Source: Sarea resinae (lineage: Eukaryota). Taken from it: a DNA stretch of 35,929 bases. The position numbers and the translations under genes are program-made. The DNA lies in assembly GCA_026026165.1 (NCBI GenBank), contig JAPEUD010000040.1, forward strand, positions 186,001-221,929, given 5' to 3'. The notes beneath the pieces are model-generated. The model was not told where the DNA came from. It saw nothing but the letters and a program-made list of their open reading frames with translations, and searched no databases. Positions 22,689 through 33,784 of the stretch are shown one piece after another (position 1 is the stretch's first letter; each line of letters opens with the position of its first letter).

Positions 22689-24411
22689 TCATATCATGAG
22701 AGCCTCGATATCGGCAATTGTCTTGGCGGTTGGAGTCAGGTTCTCGTAGCCCGTGGCCGTGATGAGGATGTTGTCTGTGGTTTTGAGCATGTTAACAATG
22801 GTGATGGGTTTAGGGTTGGGGTTGGGGGGGGGGCCTTGTTAGTCTGTGGGGTTTCCCTTTTGTTTTTTTTTTATGTGTGTGTGGAGGGGAAAACGGGTGG
22901 AGCGGGGTAAAAGGGGAAAAAGGGGTGAAGAAAGAAAGTTGAGAGGAGGGATAAGATAGAGGTATAGGATGGGGCGTGGGCGGATGTGTATCTCTGCATC
23001 CAGCAAATACAGTACCTTCTATGCGCACACCGCCAACATCCCAATACGTGTCCAGGACATCTCGGTCGATGAAGCCGGCGTGTTTCGCGTCTTTGAGATA
23101 GGGTTCAATCATGAAGCGGCAGAAGTAGATCTGGTAGTTTGTATCTTGTTCAGCAATTGGGCCAGGGTTGTAAAAGGAAAACAACTTACACCAGGCTCCA
23201 CGGTGATGATGGCACCGGCCGGCAGACTGCCCCTAACCCTCAGGTACTTGAACAGCCCGTCCGAGTCTGCGTAATTTGGATGCCCGCCCGTGTCGTGCGT
23301 GTCCATTCCCAAGTAATGGCCCAGGCCGTGGGGGAAGAAGGCGACGCTGGTGCGAGCGGCGAATATGTCCTCGGCCGAGCCCTTGAGGATGCCGAGTTTC
23401 AGGAGCCCGGCAATGGCGAGCCGGTGGGCGTGCTCGTGCACAGACTCCCACCGGACCCCCTCCTTGAGCATCTCGATGCACTCGTGTTGCATGCCCAGCA
23501 CGATCTCGTAGATGTGCCGGCTCTTCTCGTTGAACCGGCCGTTGATCGGGAACGTGCGCGTGATGTCGGACGCGTAGCAGTCGTACTCGCCGCCGGCATC
23601 CAGCAGCAGGTTCCATCGTCCGGCCAAGGGCTCGCTATTCTTCACGTAGTGCAGCGTCGCCGCATTGGTGCCGGAGCCTACAATGGATGGGTAGGCTTGC
23701 TCGCGGCTACCGTGGGCAATGCATCGCTCCAGGAACAAGGCTTCCAGCTCCCTCTCATTCTTGGCCGTCTTCGCCGCCTTGAGCACGGCGTGGTGACCGA
23801 TGGTGGAGATCTCGTTGGCTTTGCGCGTCAGGGCGATCTCGTACGCATCTTTCACGACCCGACATTCTTCGATGGCTTCCTTGACCAGATAGAAGTCCTT
23901 GTCGTCGAACTCGAGAAACGTGACGCTGTCGGAGACCTGATCCTTGATCGTCCAGACAGTGCTCTTCGAGAATTGTGAGCTCCCGAGATATGGGTTCACC
24001 TCGGAGGTGGTGCGGACTTCATCGACGTCGAATTTCTCGAGAGCTTCCGTGGGGCTAAGCGGTAACCCGGACCAGATGACCTCTTCGGGATCCACGCCTG
24101 GGATGAAAAGGATCAACTTTTCCGTGCTGATCTCGTAGGCAAGAGAACAATCGGGAAGGCCACAGCCACTGAGGTAGAAGAAATACCGGCGCTGTCTGCT
24201 CGAAAATTAACAATTGATCCGAACTCAGAAAGAGGACAAGCTACCGGAAGGGAACAGTCTCATCGCTATCCTCAAGCATGCGCGTCTTCTGGCCTTCAAG
24301 GTAGATGAGGCCATTCGCAGTCTGCTTCTTGAATTTGATGTACTCTGCAACTCTCTTCGCATGAGCTTTGGCGGGGTATTTGCCCGCCAATATCGAGTCG
24401 ACCGATGCCAT
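22689..24411 (-). CDS. pepP: Xaa-Pro aminopeptidase/prolidase (peptidase M24B), about 457 aa. Exons 24411-24245, 24195-23190, 23130-23016, 22774-22689; possible upstream in-frame start at 24603
   Basis: [76 protein letters not shown] and GGVRIEDNILIT supply the D, D, H, E, E metal ligands. Introns 24244-24196, 23189-23131 and 23015-22775. Confidence 0.95.
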
Positions 24412-25020
24412 GCTGGGCAAAAGCGACGCAAGTCTTGAGTTGTGCACACGGAACGGCGAGAGACCAAATTTCTCAATTGGGGATTGCTCAATTGCTCGTA
24501 CGATCGGCTGAAGAGTCGCGCGGGGTTTTCGAGATATCGATAAGAATCGGTGGCTGTAGCGAGCCGTTCGCCAACGCCATGCCCTACCTACCGTACAAAG
24601 CATACGAAAGGGACGGGATATGACAATTAATCACCTTGCGATTCCGAGTACGAATGCTTCTATCATTGCCAAAAATGTGTACTCTGCTGAGGTAGTGCGT
24701 CTATACGTACGGAGTAGTACACGGACCTCGATCATTGCCTCGACAAGAAACGTTTGATTCTAAAAAAAGGTATGGTACGTCGTACTAACTCCGCTTGTAG
24801 TCTACAAGGTCCTAACGCCTAGATGCAGGAAACGATCAACGCCAAAGCATTCTCGCCATAGTAAAATGAGATCTTTAGAGGCACATGGACCGGGAGCAGA
24901 AACTGACTCATGAGGCTGAGATTTCCATGATCATAAGTGCGACTATGAAATGTCCGGCGCGAAGAAGGAAAGCAACTCCTGCTACATGCAATTCTGAAAT
25001 AGAGAACAGGAGCGTGCAAG

Positions 25021-26023
25021 CTAGTCTTTCCACCTTGCCAAGAACCTGGACATATCGTCCGTGGGTTGCGATGCAGCAGCGACCTGAAGACAGTTAGCCC
25101 GCGGATATGTACGCGGAAACATGGCATTGTGCTGCCCTCGGAGGAAGTGATAGTACTTACAGTGTTCTCCCTACTCGACACACTAAACGTTTGACTTTGT
25201 GTGAGCGTTGTGACCGGGCTCGGAATTGCCATCCAGGTTTTGGCAATAGTGACAGCACTTGTAGGCCATAGAGGAGTCGTGACAGTGGCGGTGATACTGG
25301 TCGGTGGTATTGGCTGCATCGGAGCGTATCTCGTCAGGCCGGTCTGCGAATTGTATGGTACTCCAAATCCACCGGCCTCGCCGCTTGCGGCGCCAGTGTT
25401 GCTCGCGACGTTGTTAATTGTGTCCGGTCCATCGGTTCCCGTAACGCCCTTGACTCCCGAAATGACGTTGGCAGGGAAGACTCCGGTCATGCCACTCAAT
25501 GTGAAGCGGGGAGAAAAATTGGTCACGGTTCCGCCCGCGGTAGCAACGGATATCATCATCAGAAAGCTGGAATATGATCAGCTCGACTCTCTTCAATAAT
25601 AAAGATGTGCGAGGGCCTCCGTACTATGCGTTGGTCGTACTCCCACCCAAGCCAGCCGCAACGGTCCCTGATGCGGCATTACCGCTGCTGAATTCTCCTT
25701 GCGTCTGTAAGGCAGAAAGTTGCGTCTATTGTAGCATGTGTCAGCCGTTACCGAAGTTTCAGTCAGATAGACAGAACAGGCAAAGCCCGATGAGAAAGCC
25801 GTGGAGGAATTCGTACGTATTGGCCTTCCTCGTTACCACCAGCGCAAAGGAACAGCTGATAAGACTTTAGGTCTGAAATTGAGGGTGCGTCTCCAGAGTC
25901 TTTCCATTTGATGTCGAGTGTGCCCGGAGAGAGCACGGCACCAGCAGCGGGGGTGGTGAATTTGACGTCCGCAAAGACACAGGGGGCCACGGCGGCGAAG
26001 AAGGCCAAGGATTTTAACAACAT
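25021..26023 (-). CDS. KRE9: Cell wall beta-1,6-glucan synthesis protein Kre9/Knh1, secreted, about 258 aa. Exons 26023-25817, 25725-25625, 25566-25161, 25083-25021
   Basis: Signal peptide MLLKSLAFFAAVAPCVFA-DVKFTTP, then YQLFLCAGGN, NFSPRFTLSGMTG, VPYNSQTGLTRYAPMQPIP, SSRENTVAAASQP and C-terminal FLARWKD. Introns 25816-25726, 25624-25567 and 25160-25084. Confidence 0.93.
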
Positions 26024-27780
26024 GGCGTCGAAAGGTGATGGCAGACAGAAACGAGCGGAATGTTCTCTTGCGAACAATTAAGACTTGCGCGCGACTGTCG
26101 GGCCTGTTTCCACTGCCAACAGTAGGAAAGTGTCGCGTTGCTGGTGAGGGGTAGTACGATGGTTGGTCTGGGGTGGTGACGACGATGAGGGTTGAATTGG
26201 AGGTAATTGTTGAAGATCAAGCGGATGGCACGCCCTGTCACGGGAGTTAGATGGGAAGTGCCCAGGTGGCTTTGGAAATGTTGCTAAGTTAAGGTACCGC
26301 CACACAAAAGGAGATTAGCTGGGGGATCAGCATACAGTACTCGGAGTAAACAAATTGGGGCATTTTCGAAGGATGCATTGCACGCATGCGAGCAGTATAC
26401 TTCAGCATATCGAGAATCCGAGCACGAGGACCGAAGTACTTCTACTCCGTACTTTGTACAGGACAGGACAGAGACCACTAAGGCAGGTACGGATCAATCC
26501 CCGGCCATCCTGTTTTTCCTTTGCAGGAGAGGATCCATCCATGGATACTTCTATGAAGTAGTTCACTTGCAGAGTACTGCGTATTGCTCGCATCATGACA
26601 TTATCTCCTGAGGATCGCTCAGAGGTGAAGCTTTCTCGGGGGCTAATAAATCAAGATCTCGATCTCGCACTCGCACCATTTGTGGAATGGAACAGCGGAA
26701 GGTAGTTCGAGACGAGCAGCAATGCAGCACGACAACAGCACGGCGTCCCGACCCGTACTCGAGTGGTCATGGTGATTCAGATGAGGCGTTCCGCAGCTCT
26801 TCACCATGCCTTGATCATTGGAGAGTCGCCCCAATGGGCATCTAAGAGAGGCATCATCCATGAATGTCACGGGTCGTACTACTTATTACTAGGAGACACT
26901 GCTAGGAAATGCAGTCTCTTATGTAACGGAGACCTTCCTCTCCAGGCTGGCTCCAGCCTGGAGGGCAGGTAGCCTTTCCATACTACCTAGGTAGCTAGCT
27001 GTGATCATTTGACAGAAGACCCTAGGTAGGCGAACGAGGGGCAGAGATGGCAGAAACATGTGAACGAAATCCCAAAGATCCCAGAGAGCAACATTCTCGA
27101 CACGGAGAGTTTGGATCAGGACACAGTCAAAACATTCGCAGACAAGCAGAGAGTATTTAAACCATCATAGAGCACCGTCGATAGTTGGTTCCCAAGGACG
27201 TCGTCGCCGTTCCTCCAGGTCAGACGACTAACCATCTGATTTCCCAAGGTTGTCTGCGGGCTTGCCGCCCAGCAGCAAGACATCATGGGCCCTAGAGCGC
27301 CCCTCGTCGAGGGTTCGGCTTCGGCTTCGACACGCAGCAAATGGGATTCCCACCAGAGATGGGAATCTGCAGCCGAATGCGGGCAGGGCGCAAGGTGGGC
27401 ATGATCGTCCTAGAAACTCCTAAGAATGCCTGCGGACCGCCTAAGGCCAATGTGGCCAAGCGACAGGTTACCTTGCCTTAGCCAGACCAGCGACCCCTCC
27501 ATCCTCCAGTCCCTAGCGGCTTGCCCGTCTGTTCTCGACTCACCCACAGAACGAAACGAGATGAGATGAGAGTCAGATGTCCGCCCGCTGGAGGCGCATC
27601 TCCGCTGCCATCTATCTTCCTTGCCCGCTGTCTTCTATCTCCACCTGCGCGTCTGCTGCCTCAACACGATTATCCGATCTACGCTTGAAAAAAGAAAGTG
27701 ATCACGATGTTTCCACGTGGATGAGCTCGAGGCTGAACGGGGTCGAGGTTATCACAGGCTAGTCTGAGCTATCGATCAAG

Positions 27781-27899
27781 GTATGCCCGACCTCATAGAC
27801 ATTACTGCATTGAGAGTCTCCAAGCAGACCACTTGTAGATCACCGCTTTGCAGTGTTTACTACGTCGCAGGCGCTGAACTGATTATTTACCTTGGCCAG
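27781..27899 (+). other. Probable 5' UTR intron of the cyclin gene
   Basis: AAG|GTATGC donor, CTGAT branch-like motif and CCAG acceptor in a non-coding stretch upstream of the cyclin ATG. Confidence 0.4.
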
Positions 27900-28428
27900 G
27901 TCTCACTTAATCCCAAGCCACTCGCATTCAACGTTCGGCGTCCCCTATCGGCTGCTACCCCGCCATCGCACGATAATCATAGCCAAATCTCATGCGTGCA
28001 GAGTTGCATATCTTGTGATCGCCCGTCTTCCTAGATAGGAATTCGAGATCTCAGCGGACTCCAATCGAAGATTCAGGGTTTTATCACTGGCATTTGAGTG
28101 CTGGCCACATACTAGGGAAAATACAAAAAAGCGAAAGGTTGGACGTGAAGGCATAAATCGGGTCCACTTCGTGATACAACAAACGCATTTCGTCTAATTT
28201 CAGACCTTTCCTCACATCATCTCTTCTCAAAAGATTCCTTCACCAACGTCAATCCTCAGGGCGGGTGCACAGGAGTGTTTCTGATCGGCGTTGACCACAA
28301 TGAGCGTGCTGCCATCTGGAGCGATAAAGAAAGGCCATTGCCGACGTCAGCTACGAAGCAATTGGCAAACAACTTGCCCGTGTCTTACCTTCGGCTCAAT
28401 CGCCAGAACCCGCTAGTATTGTGAGAAC

Positions 28429-29394
28429 ATGACTTTTGAATCGGGTGAGCTGGAATCAACTTCGGCAGCGACTACCCCAACAGCGAAGCAGCCACGTCCA
28501 CCGAACCCTTCAACTGATTCCGGCATCATCCCCCAAATCTCCCCAACGGACGATGCAGGAAACATACCAGACAGTGCCCTATATGACATCTTCACCCTCA
28601 CGCCCGTGGCTGCGTTAAATCTCTTATGCAACAGCATCGAGGCTTTGATCCTATTCACAGGCGATGTTCCACCTACGCCTCCAGTGACGCATCCGAATAC
28701 ACCAGACGTGAGGCTTGTTCGGTCCGAAAGGGAACAGCGCCGAGAAAGCCCGCGCCCATTCACTCCGCCATCTTCTGTAGGATCCGATGATCTGGACGGC
28801 GTGACCTTCAAGAAGGCTCTCATTGGTAGTCCAGAATCATGCCCCTCGGAAAAAATAACCATCATCGGCGCAGGTGCCGAAGTCTCGAGCGTCCAGACTG
28901 GGGCACTGGTCCGGAAATTCTACTCTAAAAATCCCCCACCGATCCCCTTGCGGGACTATCTACTCCGACTCCACCGCTACTGCCCTATGTCTACGGCTGT
29001 CTACCTCGCCACCAGTCTTTACATACACCGCCTCGCCGTCGAAGAGAAAGTTTTGCCTGTCACCTCCCGCAATGTCCACCGCCTCATGCTTGGTAGTCTG
29101 AGAGTATCGATGAAGGCCCTGGAGGATCTCAGCTACCCGCACCAGCGCTTCGCCCGCGTTGGCGGAGTCTCCGAGAACGAACTCGGTCGCCTCGAAGTGA
29201 CTTTTTGCTTCTTGACAAACTTCACTCTCAAGGTTGATGCCGAAATGCTGCAGCAGCATGCCATGGCGCTCAGAGACTCGGCTAGCTTGCATTCGCTACC
29301 TACGGAATTCCAGCTGAAGATGCCGTCGTTTCGAGAGAAACGGGTATCGCCCGCTCGGGGCGTATCTCCTACTGCTGTGGCGACGGATGCATAG
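28429..29394 (+). CDS. Pho85-type (Pho80/Pcl family) cyclin; single exon, 321 aa
   Basis: Cyclin box KFYSKNPPPIPLRDYLLRLHRYCPMSTAVYLATSLYIHRL...NVHRLMLGSLRVSMKALEDLSYPHQRFARVGGVSENELGRLEVTFCFL. S/T-P-rich N-terminus. Confidence 0.9.
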   Translation: MTFESGELESTSAATTPTAKQPRPPNPSTDSGIIPQISPTDDAGNIPDSALYDIFTLTPVAALNLLCNSIEALILFTGDVPPTPPVTHPNTPDVRLVRSEREQRRESPRPFTPPSSVGSDDLDGVTFKKALIGSPESCPSEKITIIGAGAEVSSVQTGALVRKFYSKNPPPIPLRDYLLRLHRYCPMSTAVYLATSLYIHRLAVEEKVLPVTSRNVHRLMLGSLRVSMKALEDLSYPHQRFARVGGVSENELGRLEVTFCFLTNFTLKVDAEMLQQHAMALRDSASLHSLPTEFQLKMPSFREKRVSPARGVSPTAVATDA

Positions 29395-30255
29395 GCAGCA
29401 GGCGCATCGAACGGCTGTGAGCTCTCGGCCTCGTCGCGGCACACAATCCATCGCCCCAGCCACGAACGACGTCCATGCTAGTGAGTGTCTCGTGTCTCGG
29501 ACGCAGTAGACAATATGAATTCACGGTCTCCAATCACCACAGCTACAATGCACTACGACAAAACACTTTTCTTCTCATCAGTCAACATATCTTCGAGCCC
29601 TATCAATATACCAGCCATGGCCCATGCAACTCGAAATCCTTCCTTCCTTGCTTGGCTTTCTTCCTTACCGTAATACATCATCGCCGTCACCTCAAGCACA
29701 CTTGCCAGGTCCACGTCTCAATTCATTTCAATTCTGCCTCAACACCAATCAAAATCCTCATCAGCCCTCGTCATCCTGCAACACATACATACGCGCTCGA
29801 AGCCATCAGATACACGTTCCCGCAATCCGTTTTTTTTTGTTTATTTTTCTTTATTTTCCCCTTTTAACACCATCACAGCGATCTTTCGATTGGGGCTTTC
29901 CGAGGCAATGGCGGAGCGTCCGTTCTATGGGATCTTGCTACATACATACATACGCAGGCTATCTCAGCAGGGCTCATGGAGTTGACCGGTGCGGTGACGT
30001 GCGGTGCGGTGCGTGTGCACTGAATTTCTTTTTTTTCCATTCTGCGTGGGGGGACCCGGGCAGGTCATAGTGCTGTATATATCTTCCTTTCAGGAGCTGG
30101 CTCTGCTCGCTTGAGGTGCGCATACCGTATACCGTAATGGCAACAATACTCGGCGTGATCACAGCCCCTGCGTTACTAACTGTACTTTCCTCTGCCTAGT
30201 GGGAAATCGGAAAAAGGAGAGGTCAAGAAATGACATGAAATGAGTGTTCAATTGC

Positions 30256-30452
30256 TGCCTTGCCTTGCCTTGCCTTGTCTTGCCTTGTCTTGCCTTGTCT
30301 GTCGTACGTTGCCTACCTACCTACCTACCTACCTACCTACCTACCTACCTACCTACCTACCTACCTACCTACCTACCTACCTACCTACCTACCTACCTAC
30401 CTACCTACCTACCTACCTACCTACCTACCTATCTACCTACCTATCTACCTAC
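30256..30452. repeat. Compound microsatellite: (TGCCT/TGTCT)n at 30256-30300 and (CCTA)n, about 35 copies, at 30312-30452
   Basis: Read directly; source of the LPTY-repeat pseudo-ORFs. Confidence 0.95.
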
Positions 30453-30622
30453 ATAAATTAGACTCATCCATCAATCCGAGGAATAGAAAAGAAAAAAGAA
30501 TTCCTCATACTGAGGCCGCGTGGCGCGGCGTGGTGCTGTGCTGTGCTGTGTGCTGTGCGCTGTGCCCTTCGATCCGATCATCCATCGATCAGCGATCGAT
30601 ATCGTCGGGATAAGATTTCTTG

Positions 30623-30623
<1 letters not shown>

Positions 30624-30675
<52 letters not shown>
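30624..30675. repeat. (CT)n dinucleotide microsatellite, about 26 copies
   Basis: Read directly. Confidence 0.95.
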
Positions 30676-30678
<3 letters not shown>

Positions 30679-31035
30679 TTTTTTTTCGGGATGGGTGGGT
30701 TGGGGCCAAGGGTTTTGACATCGCTGGGGTTACGGCGGGGTAGGTACCTTAGGTATGGAGCTTGTGCAATGGACAGATTGACGTAAGTCTGACTGACTGA
30801 TTGGACGAATGACTGAATAGATGATTGGGGTGGCGAATCTGTAAACTGTTTTTTCTTTTTCTTCTGGTTTCTTCAAATTTCTTCCGATGCAGTAGATTGG
30901 AGGGGAGAGGAGAGGAGGGGAGGGGAGGGGAGGGATAATAGCATACTACTACTGCTGTGGCTGTTAGGCTTCTTGGCTGCCCGATACCCGATACCCAAGA
31001 AGCCGGGCCCGGGGGAAAACTACCTAGATACGGCG

Positions 31036-31075
31036 AGGCAAGGCAAGGCAAGGCAAGGCAAGGCAAGGCAAGGCA
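31036..31075. repeat. (AGGCA)8 microsatellite
   Basis: Read directly; reverse complement of the (TGCCT)n unit at 30256. Confidence 0.93.
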
Positions 31076-32190
31076 AGGAAAGAGAAGGGAAGGAAAGAGA
31101 AAGTTCTGTCGCGGCGCTTGCGCCACGGAGGGACGCGTGTATTAAGTTTTTTTTCTTCTTTCTGCATGTGCCTTTCAGCTCGATCGGGATCGGCGGGAAG
31201 GGGGGGTACAGGGGCGGTGATAGATCGGGATGATAGGGCCAAGGTGGTCAATTGCTTGGATTGCCTGTTGGGATAATCGCCTCTTCCTGTGGTAGGTAGG
31301 TAGGCAGGAGGTAGGTATGGTGGTGGCCTGTTGGTGTGTCTTACTCACTTGTTTTCTCGGTAGGTAGGTAGGTAGGTAAGAGGGGGTAAGGTAGTATGAT
31401 GCCTTATGGAGGACAAGGCTATGGCGAGATGGGTGGGAAGGGACTGCCGATAAGCGCGAGCTTGGTCGGGGAAAGGAAGGAAGGACTGGATGGGATGGGA
31501 TGGGATGACGGGGCAGAGAAGATCGGAGACATGGATGAATGCGTCAACGGGGCACTCTTCGACTCATCCGCGACAAGGCTGATCCGCAAGGCTTTTCGGG
31601 TACCTCAGGTAGGCATGCGTGCACGACTGAGGGAAGGGCTTGTACGGACGCGGACGCGTCATGTCGGGTTGGCGTTCTTCTCTTCTACGTACTTACCAGG
31701 TAATAGCCCTTGGGGCTGTTGAGGTTGTTGAGACGGAGAGACTCGAATGTTGCCGTGTTGGAGGGACAGAGTAGGTTCGTGATGGAGGCATGGATGGAAA
31801 GATCTGATGCCCGGGTTGATGGCCTTGCAGAGCTACGGCTGGGACACGATCGTGCATTCATTCACGGGCCAGCTGGATGGTTTGCAGGTGATCGGATCGA
31901 TGGACTGGTCAATGGTCATTAATTGGGCCGCCGTTAAGGGATTCCGACACGGTTGATGTTCGGGTGTTGGTGCTGTTGAAGCCAGGGCCCGTTGGAGGTT
32001 CTGGTGGCCTGAAGTCGTGATGGATTTGGAGCAGCAAAGGCTGAGCTCGTGGCTATTGGTGGTGGGACTACTACTGGTGGTAGGCGAGCACACGCGCTCA
32101 GCCTTCTCTCCCTGAGTACCTCGTGCTATTCCTATTCCGCTTCGCTTGGGTCTCTTGACACTCCTCTGGACCAGGCTCCAGCCATCGATG

Positions 32191-32235
32191 GATGCGTCGA
32201 TGCGTCGATGCGTCGATGCGTCGATGCGTCGATGC
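32191..32235. repeat. (GATGCGTC) 8-mer tandem repeat, 5 full copies plus a partial
   Basis: Read directly. Confidence 0.92.
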
Positions 32236-33284
32236 AGGCCATCTCTACCTCCCGTACCGTCCACTGCAGGTCCACCTGTGGGCACCTGGCCAGTCAAGAT
32301 GCTGGAGTACAAAGTCCATTACTGTACAGTACAATGGGAAGCCATACGGCCGAGTAAGGTATCATGGATTCATGGAGAAGGCAAGAGGGAGAGTGTGTGT
32401 GTATGAGAGGGCTCTTACTCAAGGGCAAGTACCTCTGGCGCTCTATCACTGCAGCCTGCGACCGTCCAGACGGTACGCAATACCTCGGACGAGGTACTTG
32501 ACCATTCCTCAGGCAGCACTCCATTCTCGACCCTTTTCTTTTCTTTCCAGCACCCGAGAACGGATGACCACGACGAGGATGGCCGGGAAGAGTCATCGTC
32601 TGTGTCGCCGGTGCCGTCAGTGGCTTTGGCTCTTCCTTTCTCCTCTCTCCTGTTCCCCAGACTCTGCGCCTGGCTCCACGTCTTGTGGAGGCCATGCTCG
32701 CACCTTCCGGGTTGCTGGCCATCCTTCATCGACTTCGTACATCGTACATACAGCGTACCTGGTCATCTCCACCTGCACCTAACCGTGCCGATGGCTGCTC
32801 GGACTAGTCATCTACTATCTATTCATGGGGGCATGACGATCCAACATCCTCCACCAGCCACGCGGGCTGTGTCCCTGATCGCTTCTTCTAGCCTTGCCGG
32901 TCTGCCCGCGCAAGTCTCCCCAAGAGCTGCTGCATACCTAGCTATCGTTGCTGGTGGATGGGAATTCTTCAAACCCCTAGCAGATCATGGCCGGTCCTCC
33001 TGCAGCTATCGCAGTGGTGCTGACGGGCTTGACTGCTTCCAGCCATGGTTTTCGTCTTCTCTGTGCTGCGTCGACGGGAACCAACAGTACGGTGGACCCT
33101 GTCCTGGCTGGTGGTACCTGTCCGGGTCATTCTGGCTGACAGACCGCCTTCGCTTTCTGCCGGTCATTATTGATCCCCCAGACGGACTGACACCATACTA
33201 ACACTCACCTGCTCCCCTCAACACCCACACCCACACCCTACACCCTCTCACACGGCCACACGGAGTGACCTCATTAGGCAGACG

Positions 33285-33292
33285 TATATATA
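33285..33292 (+). promoter_or_regulatory. Candidate TATA box (TATATATA) for the gene at 33785
   Basis: Isolated TATA run followed by pyrimidine-rich sequence, about 490 nt upstream of the ATG. Confidence 0.35.
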
Positions 33293-33784
33293 GTCACCCT
33301 CCCACACCACTTCGGCCCCTGATGATCTGCCTCACCTCGATTCCTCGCATTCAAGAATGAAGGCCGATACGACGTGAAGCATTCACTACCTTCCTCGCTT
33401 CCGATCAGATATCGCTGTCGTCGTGGTACCTCTCTCTCTCTTGTTCTCGTCGTCTATCAAATCAATAGATTCACTCGACCAGCAAGACGAACTGTCATTC
33501 ACCTTACTTGCAAGCCGCGATTTAGACGAATGCGGGCAATCACTATATGTCTTCTACCATATTCATGTTACTGTCTTGTTCTATACCGCAAATAGGCGGT
33601 CAGTGCTTCTCCCAGAACTGTCATTGACCTCCACTACGGCCTCATCCACGCATCAGCGTCAACTCTCATTTCCTGTTGCAAGCCGTCGACTCACTCCGAC
33701 GAGACTCGACGCCGTTGAGCATTTCTATCTATACTGGTCCCGGGAGCTTCATCGAGGGCGGGTCGTCCCCTCGACTCAGCAGCC

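Noticed and set aside
23139..23978. 279-aa plus-strand ORF antisense to pepP
   Set aside because: Mirror of high-GC3 codon usage in pepP exon 2; no independent coding signal.
30240..30786. LPTY- and SL-repeat ORFs
   Set aside because: Translations of (CCTA)n and (CT)n microsatellites.
32191..32235. Tandem repeats as a CRISPR-like array
   Set aside because: No spacers, 8-bp unit, eukaryotic context, no cas genes.
32192..33201. Overlapping 196- and 199-aa ORFs
   Set aside because: Random-like composition, no motifs, partly repeat-derived.
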